Of a stretch of DNA of 64,000 nt, positions 31,274 to 40,292 are shown in pieces. The DNA is from Dehalococcoidia bacterium. Its GTDB lineage: Bacteria > Chloroflexota > Dehalococcoidia > Lucifugimonadales > UBA2962. The first letter of the stretch is position 1, and each line of letters starts with the position of its first letter. Made by a program: the position numbers and the translations under genes. Under the pieces are notes generated by a model. It had not been told where the DNA came from. It ran no database searches and was given only the letters and a program-made list of their open reading frames with translations. Location: positions 1,503,628 to 1,567,627 of the forward strand of contig OZ244723.1 in NCBI GenBank assembly GCA_965219325.1, in the 5' to 3' direction.

Positions 31274-33292
31274 TTGCGCAGGTATTCAAAGACCCTCCTG
31301 GTGATCGCGGCCCTTGTGCTGATCTCCGGGCTTACCCTGGGATTCCAGACGATACAGATACGGGGTTTTCTGCGCACCGGCGATAACCCGCTGGGCCTAA
31401 AGCTCGGACTCGATCTGCAGGGAGGCAGCCATCTCGTCTACGAGGCGGCGCTCACCGATGCCAGCGGCGAACGAATCCAGCCGACGGCCGAGCAGATGAG
31501 TTCCCTCAGGCAGATCATAGAGCGGAGGGCCAACCAGACCGGCCTGGGTGAGCCGATCATCCAGACGCTCGGCGAGGACCGCCTTCTCGTCCAGCTGCCG
31601 GGCGTGGACGATCCCGCCAGGGCCAAGGCGATCATAGGAGAGACGGCGCGGCTGGAGTTCAAGCACCGCCAGCTGGACGTACCGGTTCCGGTAGGGCTCG
31701 GCGACCAGAGCATCGTGTCGGTGACCATCGACGCATTCCCCGAGCCCGCCGCGGCGGAGGAGACGGGCGAAGCCGGGGAGGCCGGGGACCTTGCCGTCAG
31801 CGAGGATGCCGAGGTGATGGTCGGGTCCGAGGAGACCGAAGACCCTGCCGGCAGCGAAGATGCCGAGGTGATGGCCGGGCCTGGGGAGACCGAGGACCTC
31901 GCCGACAGCGAAGATGCCGAGGCGATGGCCGGGTCCGAGGAGGCCGAAGACCCTGCCGGCAGCGAGGATGCCGAGGCGATGGCCGGGCCTGGGGAGACCG
32001 AGGACCCTGCCGGCGGCGAGGATGCCGAGGCGATGGCCGAGGAAGAGGAGGTCGCCCTCGAGCCCGCGGTCCTGCTGGTCGAGTTCACCGACGAGGCCGC
32101 GGAGGTCTTCGACCAGATCCTCGAGCGTTTGTTGCAGTCGGCCATCACCTTCTTTTCGGGCGGCGGGGCGCAGCCGAACCGGATCCAGATAGATTTAGAC
32201 GGAGACGAGTTCACAACGCTCACCCTTCAGGCCGGTGCGGTCACCAGGGTCGAGGATACGAACGTGTTTGCGTTCGCGCTGCTGAATGCGACCGGTCAGC
32301 CGCTGGCTCCCACGATCGAGGAGACCAGGGCCATCTACGGCGAAAGCCCCGGGGTGAGCTTCGTCGAGATCTACGGGGCGTTCGACGACGACATCGGGCT
32401 GACTGGAGACGACCTTGCCAGGGCGTATGCGGGAACGCATCAGACCACCGGCCAGCCCATCGTCAACATCGAGTTCAACGCACAGGGCGCCCGCAGCTTT
32501 GGCGAGCTGACACAGCTGATCATCAACACCGACGACCGCATCGCCATATTCCTCGACGACGAGGAGCTGATCGCCCCCGCGGTGGACCAGGTGATCACCG
32601 GTGGCGCGGCCTTCATCCGGGGCGACTTCACCCCCGAGAGGGCCCAGGACATAGCCCAGCTTCTCGAGGCCGGACGCCTGCCCATTCCCATCGAGCTCGT
32701 GCAGGAGCGCGACGTCGACGCGATACTCGGTGCCGACTCGCTCAGAAAGAGCGTCGTGGCCGGTCTTGTGGGACTGGCGCTGGTGCTGGTCTTCATGGCC
32801 GCCTACTACAGGGTGCCCGGCCTGGTAGCCGCGGTGGCCCTGATCATCTACGGCGCGATCGTGCTCGCTGTCTTCAAGCTGATCCCGGTGACCCTGACCC
32901 TGTCGGGTGTTGCCGCGGCGATCCTATCGGTGGGCATGGCCGTCGACGCGAACATACTCATATTCGAACGCATGAAGGATGAGCTTCGCGCCGGCAGGAC
33001 GCTGCTCACCTCCATAAACATAGGCTTTAACCGCGCCTGGCCGGCGATCCGCGATGGCAACGTATCCACCCTCATCACCTGCGCAATCCTGTTCTGGTTC
33101 GCAGACACCCTGGGTGCCTCGGTGGTGCAGGGCTTTGCGGCCACGCTGGCCATAGGCGTGCTGATCAGCATGTTCTCGGCGATAGTCGTCAGCAGGACGC
33201 TGCTGCGCCTGCTGGCAACAACCGGCATATCGGATCGGGCGAGCTGGTTTACACCGGTGGGCAAGAGGTTCCTGCCCGAGGGAAGCCGCTAG
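31274..33292 (+). CDS. secD: Protein translocase subunit SecD with an acidic repeat insertion
   Basis: LGLDLQGG, VQLPG, AIFLD, GMAVDANILIFER and IRDGNVST. Confidence 0.95.
   Translation: MRRYSKTLLVIAALVLISGLTLGFQTIQIRGFLRTGDNPLGLKLGLDLQGGSHLVYEAALTDASGERIQPTAEQMSSLRQIIERRANQTGLGEPIIQTLGEDRLLVQLPGVDDPARAKAIIGETARLEFKHRQLDVPVPVGLGDQSIVSVTIDAFPEPAAAEETGEAGEAGDLAVSEDAEVMVGSEETEDPAGSEDAEVMAGPGETEDLADSEDAEAMAGSEEAEDPAGSEDAEAMAGPGETEDPAGGEDAEAMAEEEEVALEPAVLLVEFTDEAAEVFDQILERLLQSAITFFSGGGAQPNRIQIDLDGDEFTTLTLQAGAVTRVEDTNVFAFALLNATGQPLAPTIEETRAIYGESPGVSFVEIYGAFDDDIGLTGDDLARAYAGTHQTTGQPIVNIEFNAQGARSFGELTQLIINTDDRIAIFLDDEELIAPAVDQVITGGAAFIRGDFTPERAQDIAQLLEAGRLPIPIELVQERDVDAILGADSLRKSVVAGLVGLALVLVFMAAYYRVPGLVAAVALIIYGAIVLAVFKLIPVTLTLSGVAAAILSVGMAVDANILIFERMKDELRAGRTLLTSINIGFNRAWPAIRDGNVSTLITCAILFWFADTLGASVVQGFAATLAIGVLISMFSAIVVSRTLLRLLATTGISDRASWFTPVGKRFLPEGSR
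31787..32040 (+). repeat. 54-bp (18-aa) coding tandem repeat, about 4.7 copies
   Basis: Units start at 31787, 31841, 31895, 31949 and 32003. Consensus D(P/L)AGSEDAE(V/A)MAG(SEE/PGE)TE. Confidence 0.92.
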
Positions 33293-33307
33293 GGACGAGA
33301 GGTCATC

Positions 33308-34222
33308 TTGGATATCGTTGGCAAAAGGGGCTGGCTCTTTCTCATATCGGCGATTCTGCTCGTCCCGGGGATTGTGTTTTTGATCATGGCCCCCGGCCTG
33401 CGGCCGGGCATCGACTTTACCGGCGGCAGCACCATCACCATAGAGTTCGCCGATCCGGTCGGGCAGCAGGAGTTGCGCAACGCCCTCGCCGACCTCCAAG
33501 TCGACGACGCCACGGTCCAGAACTTCGGCGACAACGTCTACTTCATCCGCACCAAGGAGCTCTCAGAGCAGGACAAGGAAGATCTGACCGGGGACCTTGA
33601 GACCGCCGTCTCACCCGGCGGCTCGAACGTCCTGGCGTTCGACCTGGTGTCCCCCGTCGTGGCCCAGGAGACCGTGTTAGCGGCCTTCTGGGCGGTATTT
33701 GCCGCCGCGATCGGCATATTCCTCTACGTGTGGTGGGCCTTTCGCAACGTCCCCAGCCCGTTCAGGTACGGCGCCGCCGCGATAGTGGCCCTCATACACG
33801 ACGCGGGCGTGATCCTCGGCATATTCGCCATCCTCGGCGTTGTCGCCGATGTCGAGGTGAACACGATGTTCCTGATCGCGCTCCTGACGGTGATCGGCTT
33901 CAGCGTAAACGACACCATCGTCGTGTTCGACAGGCTCAGGGAGAACATAGTCGCCGCCCCGACCAGGAGCCTTACGGCCAACATCAATCTGTCCATCTCC
34001 GAGACCCTGGGCCGGTCCGTGAACACCAGCATGACGCTGCTGTTCACGCTGCTGGCGCTGATGCTCTTCGGCGGGCCCACCCTCAGGGCCTTTCTCCTGG
34101 TGCTGCTGATCGGCGTCCTGGTCGGCACCTACAGCTCGATAGCCGTCGCCACCCAGACCCTCGCCGTCTGGGAGCAGAGGGACATCCCACGGCTGTACAG
34201 GCGCCTGAGGGGTCGCGCCTAG
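33308..34222 (+). CDS. secF: Protein translocase subunit SecF
   Basis: GIDFTGG, ALIHD, GFSVNDTIVVFDRLREN and GTYSS. Confidence 0.95.
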   Translation: MDIVGKRGWLFLISAILLVPGIVFLIMAPGLRPGIDFTGGSTITIEFADPVGQQELRNALADLQVDDATVQNFGDNVYFIRTKELSEQDKEDLTGDLETAVSPGGSNVLAFDLVSPVVAQETVLAAFWAVFAAAIGIFLYVWWAFRNVPSPFRYGAAAIVALIHDAGVILGIFAILGVVADVEVNTMFLIALLTVIGFSVNDTIVVFDRLRENIVAAPTRSLTANINLSISETLGRSVNTSMTLLFTLLALMLFGGPTLRAFLLVLLIGVLVGTYSSIAVATQTLAVWEQRDIPRLYRRLRGRA

Positions 34223-35100
34223 GGGTTCTCCACCCGGGAGGCGATGCCCTCCACCGTGGTCCACAGGTCCCTGGACTCATCGAGCGTTTCCGGTGTCTCG
34301 TCCGCGAAGGCGCTCCGTCCAACGAGCCTGTAGACGTCGGCCGCCGCGCCGTGAAAGCCGGGCGGCAGGCCCGCCGACTCGAAGGTCGCTGCGATCTCCT
34401 CCATCTCCCCGACCCAGCGCCGGGCCTTGACCGGCAGGGCCGGGACCTCGCCTCGCATGCGCTCGAGCCCGGCCGACTGGCTCTCGGCAAGCTCTCGGTC
34501 CAGCTCCGCGGCCACCCCCAACCGGATGGCCATCGTCAGCACGCCGACCGAGAGCGCGCTCGTTCCCTTGGTGAATCCGGCATAGCACATCTTGATCGCC
34601 GAGGCGGCTCCCGTGCGCGCGCCCATGTTCCTTACGACTATTCCCTGGCCGTCGAGACCGTCCATCAGGTGGGCGAAGGGGCCGCAGGTGTAAAAGCGCG
34701 GCGGAGAGCCCCTGCCGGGCGGCGGCCCGATTATCGAGGCGTCGATGTACCGGCTCCCAGCCTCCGCGATCGCCGACTCGATCCTGGCGCTGGTGGCCGG
34801 GGCGACCGCATTGCAGTCGGCGAACGTCACCGTGGCACCGGCGGCACTTGCGGCATGGGCGACCCTGCCGGCAAGCGGTTCGGCCTCCGACGGCACCAGG
34901 ATGGACAGGACCAGATCGGCCTGCTCCACCAGGTCCCGGAGGCGGCCGACGTCGGTGATGCCCGCCTCCTCGCTCAGCCCGCGGGTTCGCTCGCTGCGGC
35001 CGGCAAGGCAGGTTATGACCCGGTGTCCTGCCGCGCCAAGCTCCCTTCCCACCGCGTGGCCCATGTCTCCCGGGCTGAGGATCGCTATGGTCTGCGGCAC
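34219..35100 (-). CDS. NAD(P)-dependent oxidoreductase, 6PGDH/3-hydroxyisobutyrate dehydrogenase-like with DUF1932
   Basis: LSPGDMG, DCNAVAP, ASAIKMCYA and KARRWVGEMEEI. AAAGGAGG RBS. Confidence 0.85.
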   Translation of the reverse strand: MPQTIAILSPGDMGHAVGRELGAAGHRVITCLAGRSERTRGLSEEAGITDVGRLRDLVEQADLVLSILVPSEAEPLAGRVAHAASAAGATVTFADCNAVAPATSARIESAIAEAGSRYIDASIIGPPPGRGSPPRFYTCGPFAHLMDGLDGQGIVVRNMGARTGAASAIKMCYAGFTKGTSALSVGVLTMAIRLGVAAELDRELAESQSAGLERMRGEVPALPVKARRWVGEMEEIAATFESAGLPPGFHGAAADVYRLVGRSAFADETPETLDESRDLWTTVEGIASRVENP

Positions 35101-35168
35101 CGGGCGCCTCCTTTCCGCTGGGGTCTGTCGGGGCCTAGATTAGCGCGCATGTCCGTATAATCAAAGCC

Positions 35169-36038
35169 GTGCCAATGAAGATAGGGGCGCACGTCTCCGC
35201 TGCGGGAGGGGCCGACAAGGCCATAGATAACGCGCTGGAGATCGGCGCGGAGAGCATCCAGATATTCGCGTCATCGCCCCGGACCTGGTCCTTCAGGGCC
35301 CAGAAGCCGGGCGCGGTCGATGCGTTCAGGGAAAGGGCGCGGCAGACCGGTGTGGGACCCGCGTTCCTGCACGGAAGCTACCTGGTCAACCTGGGTGGCA
35401 ACCCCGAGCTGGCCGAAAAGTCGGTAGCATCCCTTACCAGCCACATGAACGCCGCGGCCGACCTGGGCGCCAGCGGTGTCATCTTTCACTCCGGCAGCCA
35501 CAAGGGCAGGGGATTCGACAACGTCCTGGACCAGGCCGTAAGGTGCCTTGCCCGGGTACTGGACGGCACGGCGGCCGAGACCTGGCTTATCATCGAGAAC
35601 AGCGCCGGCGCGGGCAACCACATCGGTGCGACCTTCAGCGAGATCGGCCGGATGATCGAGGCGATTGGCAGCGATCGCGTAAAGGTTTGCCTGGACACCC
35701 AGCACGCCTTTGCGGCCGGATACCGCATCACGGACCGCGACGGCCTCTACGCGGCGCTGGACGAGTTCGACGGGGCGATGGGTCTCGACAGGCTGGTGGC
35801 GGTCCATGCCAACGATTCCAAGACCGAGATGGGCTCAGGGGTGGACCGTCACGAGAACATCGGACACGGCCACATAGGCGAGCGGGGTTTTGCCAACATC
35901 ATGTCCCACCCGGCCTTTGCCAACGTCCCCTTTCTGCTCGAGGTTCCCGGAATCGAGGGAGGCGGCCCCGACAGGATCAACGTGGATGCCCTCAAGTCCA
36001 TAAGGGACATGGCGTCGGGCCGATGCCGGAGCCCTTGA
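35169..36038 (+). CDS. nfo: Endonuclease IV
   Basis: IGAHVS, HGSYLVNL, FHSGS, IENSAG, CLDTQH, HANDS and DRHENIG. Confidence 0.95.
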   Translation: MPMKIGAHVSAAGGADKAIDNALEIGAESIQIFASSPRTWSFRAQKPGAVDAFRERARQTGVGPAFLHGSYLVNLGGNPELAEKSVASLTSHMNAAADLGASGVIFHSGSHKGRGFDNVLDQAVRCLARVLDGTAAETWLIIENSAGAGNHIGATFSEIGRMIEAIGSDRVKVCLDTQHAFAAGYRITDRDGLYAALDEFDGAMGLDRLVAVHANDSKTEMGSGVDRHENIGHGHIGERGFANIMSHPAFANVPFLLEVPGIEGGGPDRINVDALKSIRDMASGRCRSP

Positions 36039-36078
36039 CCAATGAGTCGCCGCCCGGGAGGGGCGGCCAAACCACGCG

Positions 36079-36804
36079 ATGAACCCGGATGGCGCCGATC
36101 TCACGTCGGCCGCCCCGATGGGGGGCACCCAGGACGGCGGCGTCATTCGTGCCGCGGTCCTGGGCGTCAACGACGGCCTGGTTTCCAACTTCAGCCTGGT
36201 CATGGGGGTCGCCGGCGGGGTCGACAACGCCGACTTCGTGGTCATCGCGGGCGTGGCCGGCCTGCTCGCCGGCGCCTTCTCGATGGCCGGCGGCGAGTAC
36301 GTCTCCATGCGTTCTCAGCGCGAGATATACGAGAACCAGATCCGCCTTGCCGAGCGCAGGCTCAACGAGCGGCCGGCCGACAATGCCGAGGAGATAGCCC
36401 TCATATACGAGGCCAAGGGCCTGCCGCGGGCGGAGGCCGCGAGCGTGGCCGGCCACATAATGGGCAACACCCGGCTGGCCCTCGACACCATCGCGCGCGA
36501 GCAGCTCGGCCTGAACCCGGACGACCTGGGCTCGCCCTGGGGGGCGGCCGCCAGCTCCTTCGTCTCGTTCTCCGCCGGGGCGGTGCTGCCCATCCTCCCG
36601 TACCTGGCCGGGGCGGGCGGCCTTGCGTTCATACTGAGCGCCATCGTCAGCGCCGCAGGGCTGCTCGTTGTCGGTGGCGCAGTGTCGGTGGCCTCGAGCC
36701 GGGGCGTGATCTGGGGCGGGCTCAGGATGCTGCTGATAGGGGGCGCCGCGGCCGCGGTGACATTCGGCATCGGCACGCTGATAGGGGTGGAGGTGCTCGG
36801 TTGA
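36079..36804 (+). CDS. VIT1/CCC1 family Fe2+/Mn2+ transporter
   Basis: RAAVLGVNDGLVSN, GAFSMAGGEYVS, an acidic cytosolic loop and SF..GAVLP.LPY. Confidence 0.92.
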   Translation: MNPDGADLTSAAPMGGTQDGGVIRAAVLGVNDGLVSNFSLVMGVAGGVDNADFVVIAGVAGLLAGAFSMAGGEYVSMRSQREIYENQIRLAERRLNERPADNAEEIALIYEAKGLPRAEAASVAGHIMGNTRLALDTIAREQLGLNPDDLGSPWGAAASSFVSFSAGAVLPILPYLAGAGGLAFILSAIVSAAGLLVVGGAVSVASSRGVIWGGLRMLLIGGAAAAVTFGIGTLIGVEVLG

Positions 36805-37619
36805 CCGCCTCGATGCCCACGCTCCCGGTGGTCGAGGACATGGAGGAGTGGGCGGAGCGTTTCGAGGGCCGCTGGCTTGACCATGTCAGACGCAACGTGC
36901 TCGGCATCCCGGGCGCAGAACCGGACTGGAGCCTCTACGAGGGCCCGAGGAACCAGACCGCTCCCGCCGGACGCGCCGTGCGCCTGTCCGAGTCCCGGCT
37001 GGTCCTGGTCTCGTCCTCAGGCGCCTCCCTGAGGTCGCGAGGCGAGCCGTTCGATGCCGAGAACGTGCTGGGCGATCCCACCCTGCGCCTCATCCCGACG
37101 AGTGCGCCCCTGTCCGACGTCAGGTTCGACCACACCCACTATGACCACGGTGCGGTTGCGGCAGACCCTCAGGTGCAGCTTCCGCTCCGCCACCTCGAGG
37201 GAATGGCGGCCGATGGGCGGATTGGAGAGCTGGCCGAAAACGTGGTCAGCTTCAGCGGCTACCAGCCGGACGTACGGGCCGTGGCCGATTTGGTCGCGCC
37301 CGGGGTGCTGGCCGCCGCGAGGGACTTAAAGGCGGATGCCGCCCTGCTGGTGCCGGCCTGACCGATCTGCTGTCAGTCCGTCGGACTGATCGCAAGGCTC
37401 CTTGAGCAGGAGGGCATCGCAACCACCTTAACGAGCGCCGTCCCGGGCATGACAAGGCGCACGGCGCCTCCCCGCGCGACCTTCACTCGGCTGAAGACGG
37501 GAAGCATGCTCGGCGCCCCCAACGAACGGGCCCAGCAGATGCGCGTCCTTTGGGCCACGCTCTCCCTGCTCGAGCGCGACGCGCCGCTTGCGCCCGTAAA
37601 GCTGGAGGAGACGTGCTGA
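36801..37619 (+). CDS. PrdB/GrdB-family (D-proline/glycine reductase selenoprotein B-like) protein with Sec encoded by TGA 37359..37361
   Basis: Before the TGA: LSESRLVLVSSSG, GDPTLRLIP, HTHYD, G.IGELA and DAALLVPA. After it the frame stays open for 85 codons: PICCQSVGLIARLLEQEGIAT...PPRA...LEETC. GGAGG RBS 7 nt before TTG 36801; alternative ATG at 36813. Confidence 0.88.
37368..37394 (+). promoter_or_regulatory. Candidate bacterial SECIS hairpin
   Basis: TCAGTCC (37373-79), loop GTC, GGACTGA (37383-89) form a perfect 7-bp stem, with lower pairs TGC/GCA. The G-starting loop begins 18 nt after the UGA. Confidence 0.7.
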
Positions 37620-38596
37620 CCGGCCTGGTCCTCTACCACGGAATCGACTCGGGTGCCGAGCTGGCCGGGTACGCGCGGGCGGCCGAGCAAGCGGGCTTCG
37701 ATTCGATCTGGGTCACGGAGCGATACTTTCACGAGGAGACGTTCTCCCTTCTCGGACATCTCGCCGCATCGACCGATCGGATGGCGCTGGGCGTGGGCGT
37801 GGTAAACCCCTTTACCCGCCATCCGGCGCTCCTTGCGATGGCCGCGGCGACCGTCGACCGGCTCAGCGGAGGGCGCATGGTACTGGGCCTGGGGCGCAGT
37901 GATGAGTGGTTGATCAGGGACCGGCTCGGGCTCTCCTACAACAGATCGCTGAGCGAGCTTGAGCGGGCGGCGGGAACGGTAAGGGCCCTGCTGTCGGGAC
38001 AATCGGTCCGCATCGCCGACGGCACCGACCCAATCCGCCTGGCGGTGCCGCCGGTCCAGTCTCCTCCGAGGATATATCTTGCGGCCATAGGGCCCAGGGC
38101 GCTGCGACTTGCCGGGGCAATCGCCGACGGGGTGATCCTCAACGCCTACAGCCCTGTGGGCTACGTAGAGTGGGCCGTCGGCCAGATCCGCCTCGCCGCC
38201 GAGGGAGCGGGCCGCGATCCGGACGAAGTGGAGATCGCCTGCATGATCGTCGTGCGGCTCACAGACGACCCGGGCCCGCTGATGCCCGGACTCAGGCGGC
38301 GAATCGCAAGGTTGCTGGCCGAACCCGGGATGGGCCGGCTGCTGCTGGGCCGCGCCGGCCTTGATACGGGTATCGCCGATTCGGTGACCACGCTGGATGC
38401 CGCAGGCGAGTCGGCGGAGGCGGCCGCCCTGGTCCCTGACGAGCTGGTCGGCCGCATGTACGTCATGGGGAGCGCCGGCGAGTGTCTCGGGCGGCTCGGT
38501 GAGTACAGGCGCGCCGGGGTCACCCACCCTCTACTGCTTCCCCGTCTGGAGGATCTCGGGAGGGTGACCCGCGAACTCGGCCCCGGGGTGGCCTAG
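37613..38596 (+). CDS. LLM-class flavin/F420-dependent oxidoreductase (Mer-like)
   Basis: AEQAGFDSIWVTE, GVVNPFTRHP, SGGRMVLGLG and AIGPRALRLAGAIADG. GTG 37613 follows GGAGGAG. Confidence 0.9.
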   Translation: MLTGLVLYHGIDSGAELAGYARAAEQAGFDSIWVTERYFHEETFSLLGHLAASTDRMALGVGVVNPFTRHPALLAMAAATVDRLSGGRMVLGLGRSDEWLIRDRLGLSYNRSLSELERAAGTVRALLSGQSVRIADGTDPIRLAVPPVQSPPRIYLAAIGPRALRLAGAIADGVILNAYSPVGYVEWAVGQIRLAAEGAGRDPDEVEIACMIVVRLTDDPGPLMPGLRRRIARLLAEPGMGRLLLGRAGLDTGIADSVTTLDAAGESAEAAALVPDELVGRMYVMGSAGECLGRLGEYRRAGVTHPLLLPRLEDLGRVTRELGPGVA

Positions 38597-38618
38597 GCAG
38601 GGCCGGGGCCGCTTGCGG

Positions 38619-40214
38619 CTACGGGCCCGCCTTGCCCCTCCTGAGCGCCCGCCCGGGGTGGGCGCCGGTGTGTTCCCCGTGGTCCACTACGACCTCGCCG
38701 TTGACTATCACGTAGTCGACCCCGAGGGAGAACTGCTTCGGATCGAAGCGGGTCGCCGGGGCCGATATCCCCTCGTAGTCGAATACCACGATATCCCCCT
38801 TAAAGCCGTCGCGCAGCAGGCCCCGGTCGGGGATGTCCAGCCTCTGGGCCGCATATGAGGTCATCTTGCGGATCGCCTCGGGCAGGGAGATGCGGCCCTC
38901 CTCGCGGACGTACTTGGCGATGATGACGGGGAACGTCCCGTAGGCCATGGCCGGAGGATAGTCCCCCAAGAGCAGGGCGTCGCTCCCGATCATCTGCATC
39001 GGGTGCTCGACGAACATGGGTAGTGTCTCTGCGTCGATCGCCTCTGCGTGGAAGGAAACCTGCAGGTCCTCGTCCAGGCACAGATCGAACAGCGCCTCGA
39101 TCGGATCGGTTCCCATCATCTCGCCGGCCTGGGTGAGGGTCTTGCCCTCAAAGCGCTGGTTGTGAGGCTTTTTGAAGTAGGTGATCATCAGCGAATCCCA
39201 GCCGCCCCGGTGCCTTGCAAACCCGGAATGCATCTCCCGCTTCATCAGCGTCCGCGTCTCCGGATCGCGCAGTGCCTCCATTATCTTCTCCGGCCCCCCG
39301 TCGGCCGCCCACTGGGGCAAGAAATAGATCAGCCGGGTGCCCCCGTGCGAATAGGGAAAGCAGTCGAATGTGACATCCATCCCCTCCTTGTACCTGGCGC
39401 TCTCGACCAGCTCGAGGATCGGTCGACCGCCCTTGAAGTCTCCCTGTCCGGCCGGCAGCAGATGCGTGATGTGAACCGGCGAACCGCTGCGCCGGCCGAT
39501 CTCCAGAGCCTCCCGTTTCGGATCCAGGTAACCATCGCCGAGCGGGAAACGCTCATGCGTGTGATAGAACCCGCCCATTTCGGCGACGACCTCTGAGAGC
39601 TCAACCAGTTCGTCTGTATCCGCGTAGCTGCCCGGCGGGTAGTCAAGGCCGGTCGACATGCCGAAAGCGCCCTCCTCCATGCTCTCGCGGAGCAGGCCCT
39701 TTTGGCGGTCCATCTCCCCGGCGCTCGGCCTGCGGTTCCCCCAGCCCATCGCCCCGACGCGCAGCGGCGAGTTGCCCACGATGTAGGCCACGTTCACCGA
39801 GACCTTGCGGTCGTACATATCCAGGTACTCGGGTATGGTCGACCAGTAGCCCGGCAGATCGGGTGATCCCTCGAGGCCAGAATTTATCTGGATCATGCGC
39901 TTTAGGTCCTCAAGGTCGGCGAACGGGGCATAGGAGTTGCCGTCAATTCCCAGCAGCTCGGTGGTGATCCCCTGGTGCACCTTGGGAAGGTGGTCAGGGT
40001 CCGCCAGGATCATCAGGGCGGAGTGAGCGTGGACGTCGATGAAGCCGGGGCTGACCACTCGCCCGGTCGCATCGATCCTCTTGCCCGCGGCCACCTGCGA
40101 TACGTCACCCCGGAGCACCGAGACGGTGTTGTCCTTGACACCCACCGCGCCGGAAAAACCCGGGCTGCCCGTACCGTCGACGATCATTCCATTCTCAATT
40201 AGCAGGTCTAGCAT
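38619..40214 (-). CDS. N-acyl-D-amino-acid deacylase family amidohydrolase
   Basis: VDGTG, PGFIDVHAHS, GAFGMSTGLDY, HITH, IGSD, YGTFP and EAIRKMT. Confidence 0.9.
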   Translation of the reverse strand: MLDLLIENGMIVDGTGSPGFSGAVGVKDNTVSVLRGDVSQVAAGKRIDATGRVVSPGFIDVHAHSALMILADPDHLPKVHQGITTELLGIDGNSYAPFADLEDLKRMIQINSGLEGSPDLPGYWSTIPEYLDMYDRKVSVNVAYIVGNSPLRVGAMGWGNRRPSAGEMDRQKGLLRESMEEGAFGMSTGLDYPPGSYADTDELVELSEVVAEMGGFYHTHERFPLGDGYLDPKREALEIGRRSGSPVHITHLLPAGQGDFKGGRPILELVESARYKEGMDVTFDCFPYSHGGTRLIYFLPQWAADGGPEKIMEALRDPETRTLMKREMHSGFARHRGGWDSLMITYFKKPHNQRFEGKTLTQAGEMMGTDPIEALFDLCLDEDLQVSFHAEAIDAETLPMFVEHPMQMIGSDALLLGDYPPAMAYGTFPVIIAKYVREEGRISLPEAIRKMTSYAAQRLDIPDRGLLRDGFKGDIVVFDYEGISAPATRFDPKQFSLGVDYVIVNGEVVVDHGEHTGAHPGRALRRGKAGP

Positions 40215-40292
40215 GGGTCTAGGCTCCCTCCTCGCTATGGGTTACAGCCCTGATCGTCCGACGCAGTTGCCGCCGGGCTGTGGCCAAGGTTA

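Noticed and set aside
31787-32040. CRISPR array
   Set aside because: The units are contiguous, in frame and degenerate, with no unique spacers and no cas genes.
36042-37361. 439-aa ORF as listed in the track
   Set aside because: Its first 250 or so codons are an Arg/Gly-rich shadow of the VIT1 gene. The real gene starts near 36801 and continues through the TGA.
37359-37361. Nonsense mutation / pseudogene reading of the in-frame TGA
   Set aside because: The stop falls at the family's Sec position in a UxxC motif, is followed by a hairpin, and the downstream frame is intact. Not formally excluded without seeing the sel genes.
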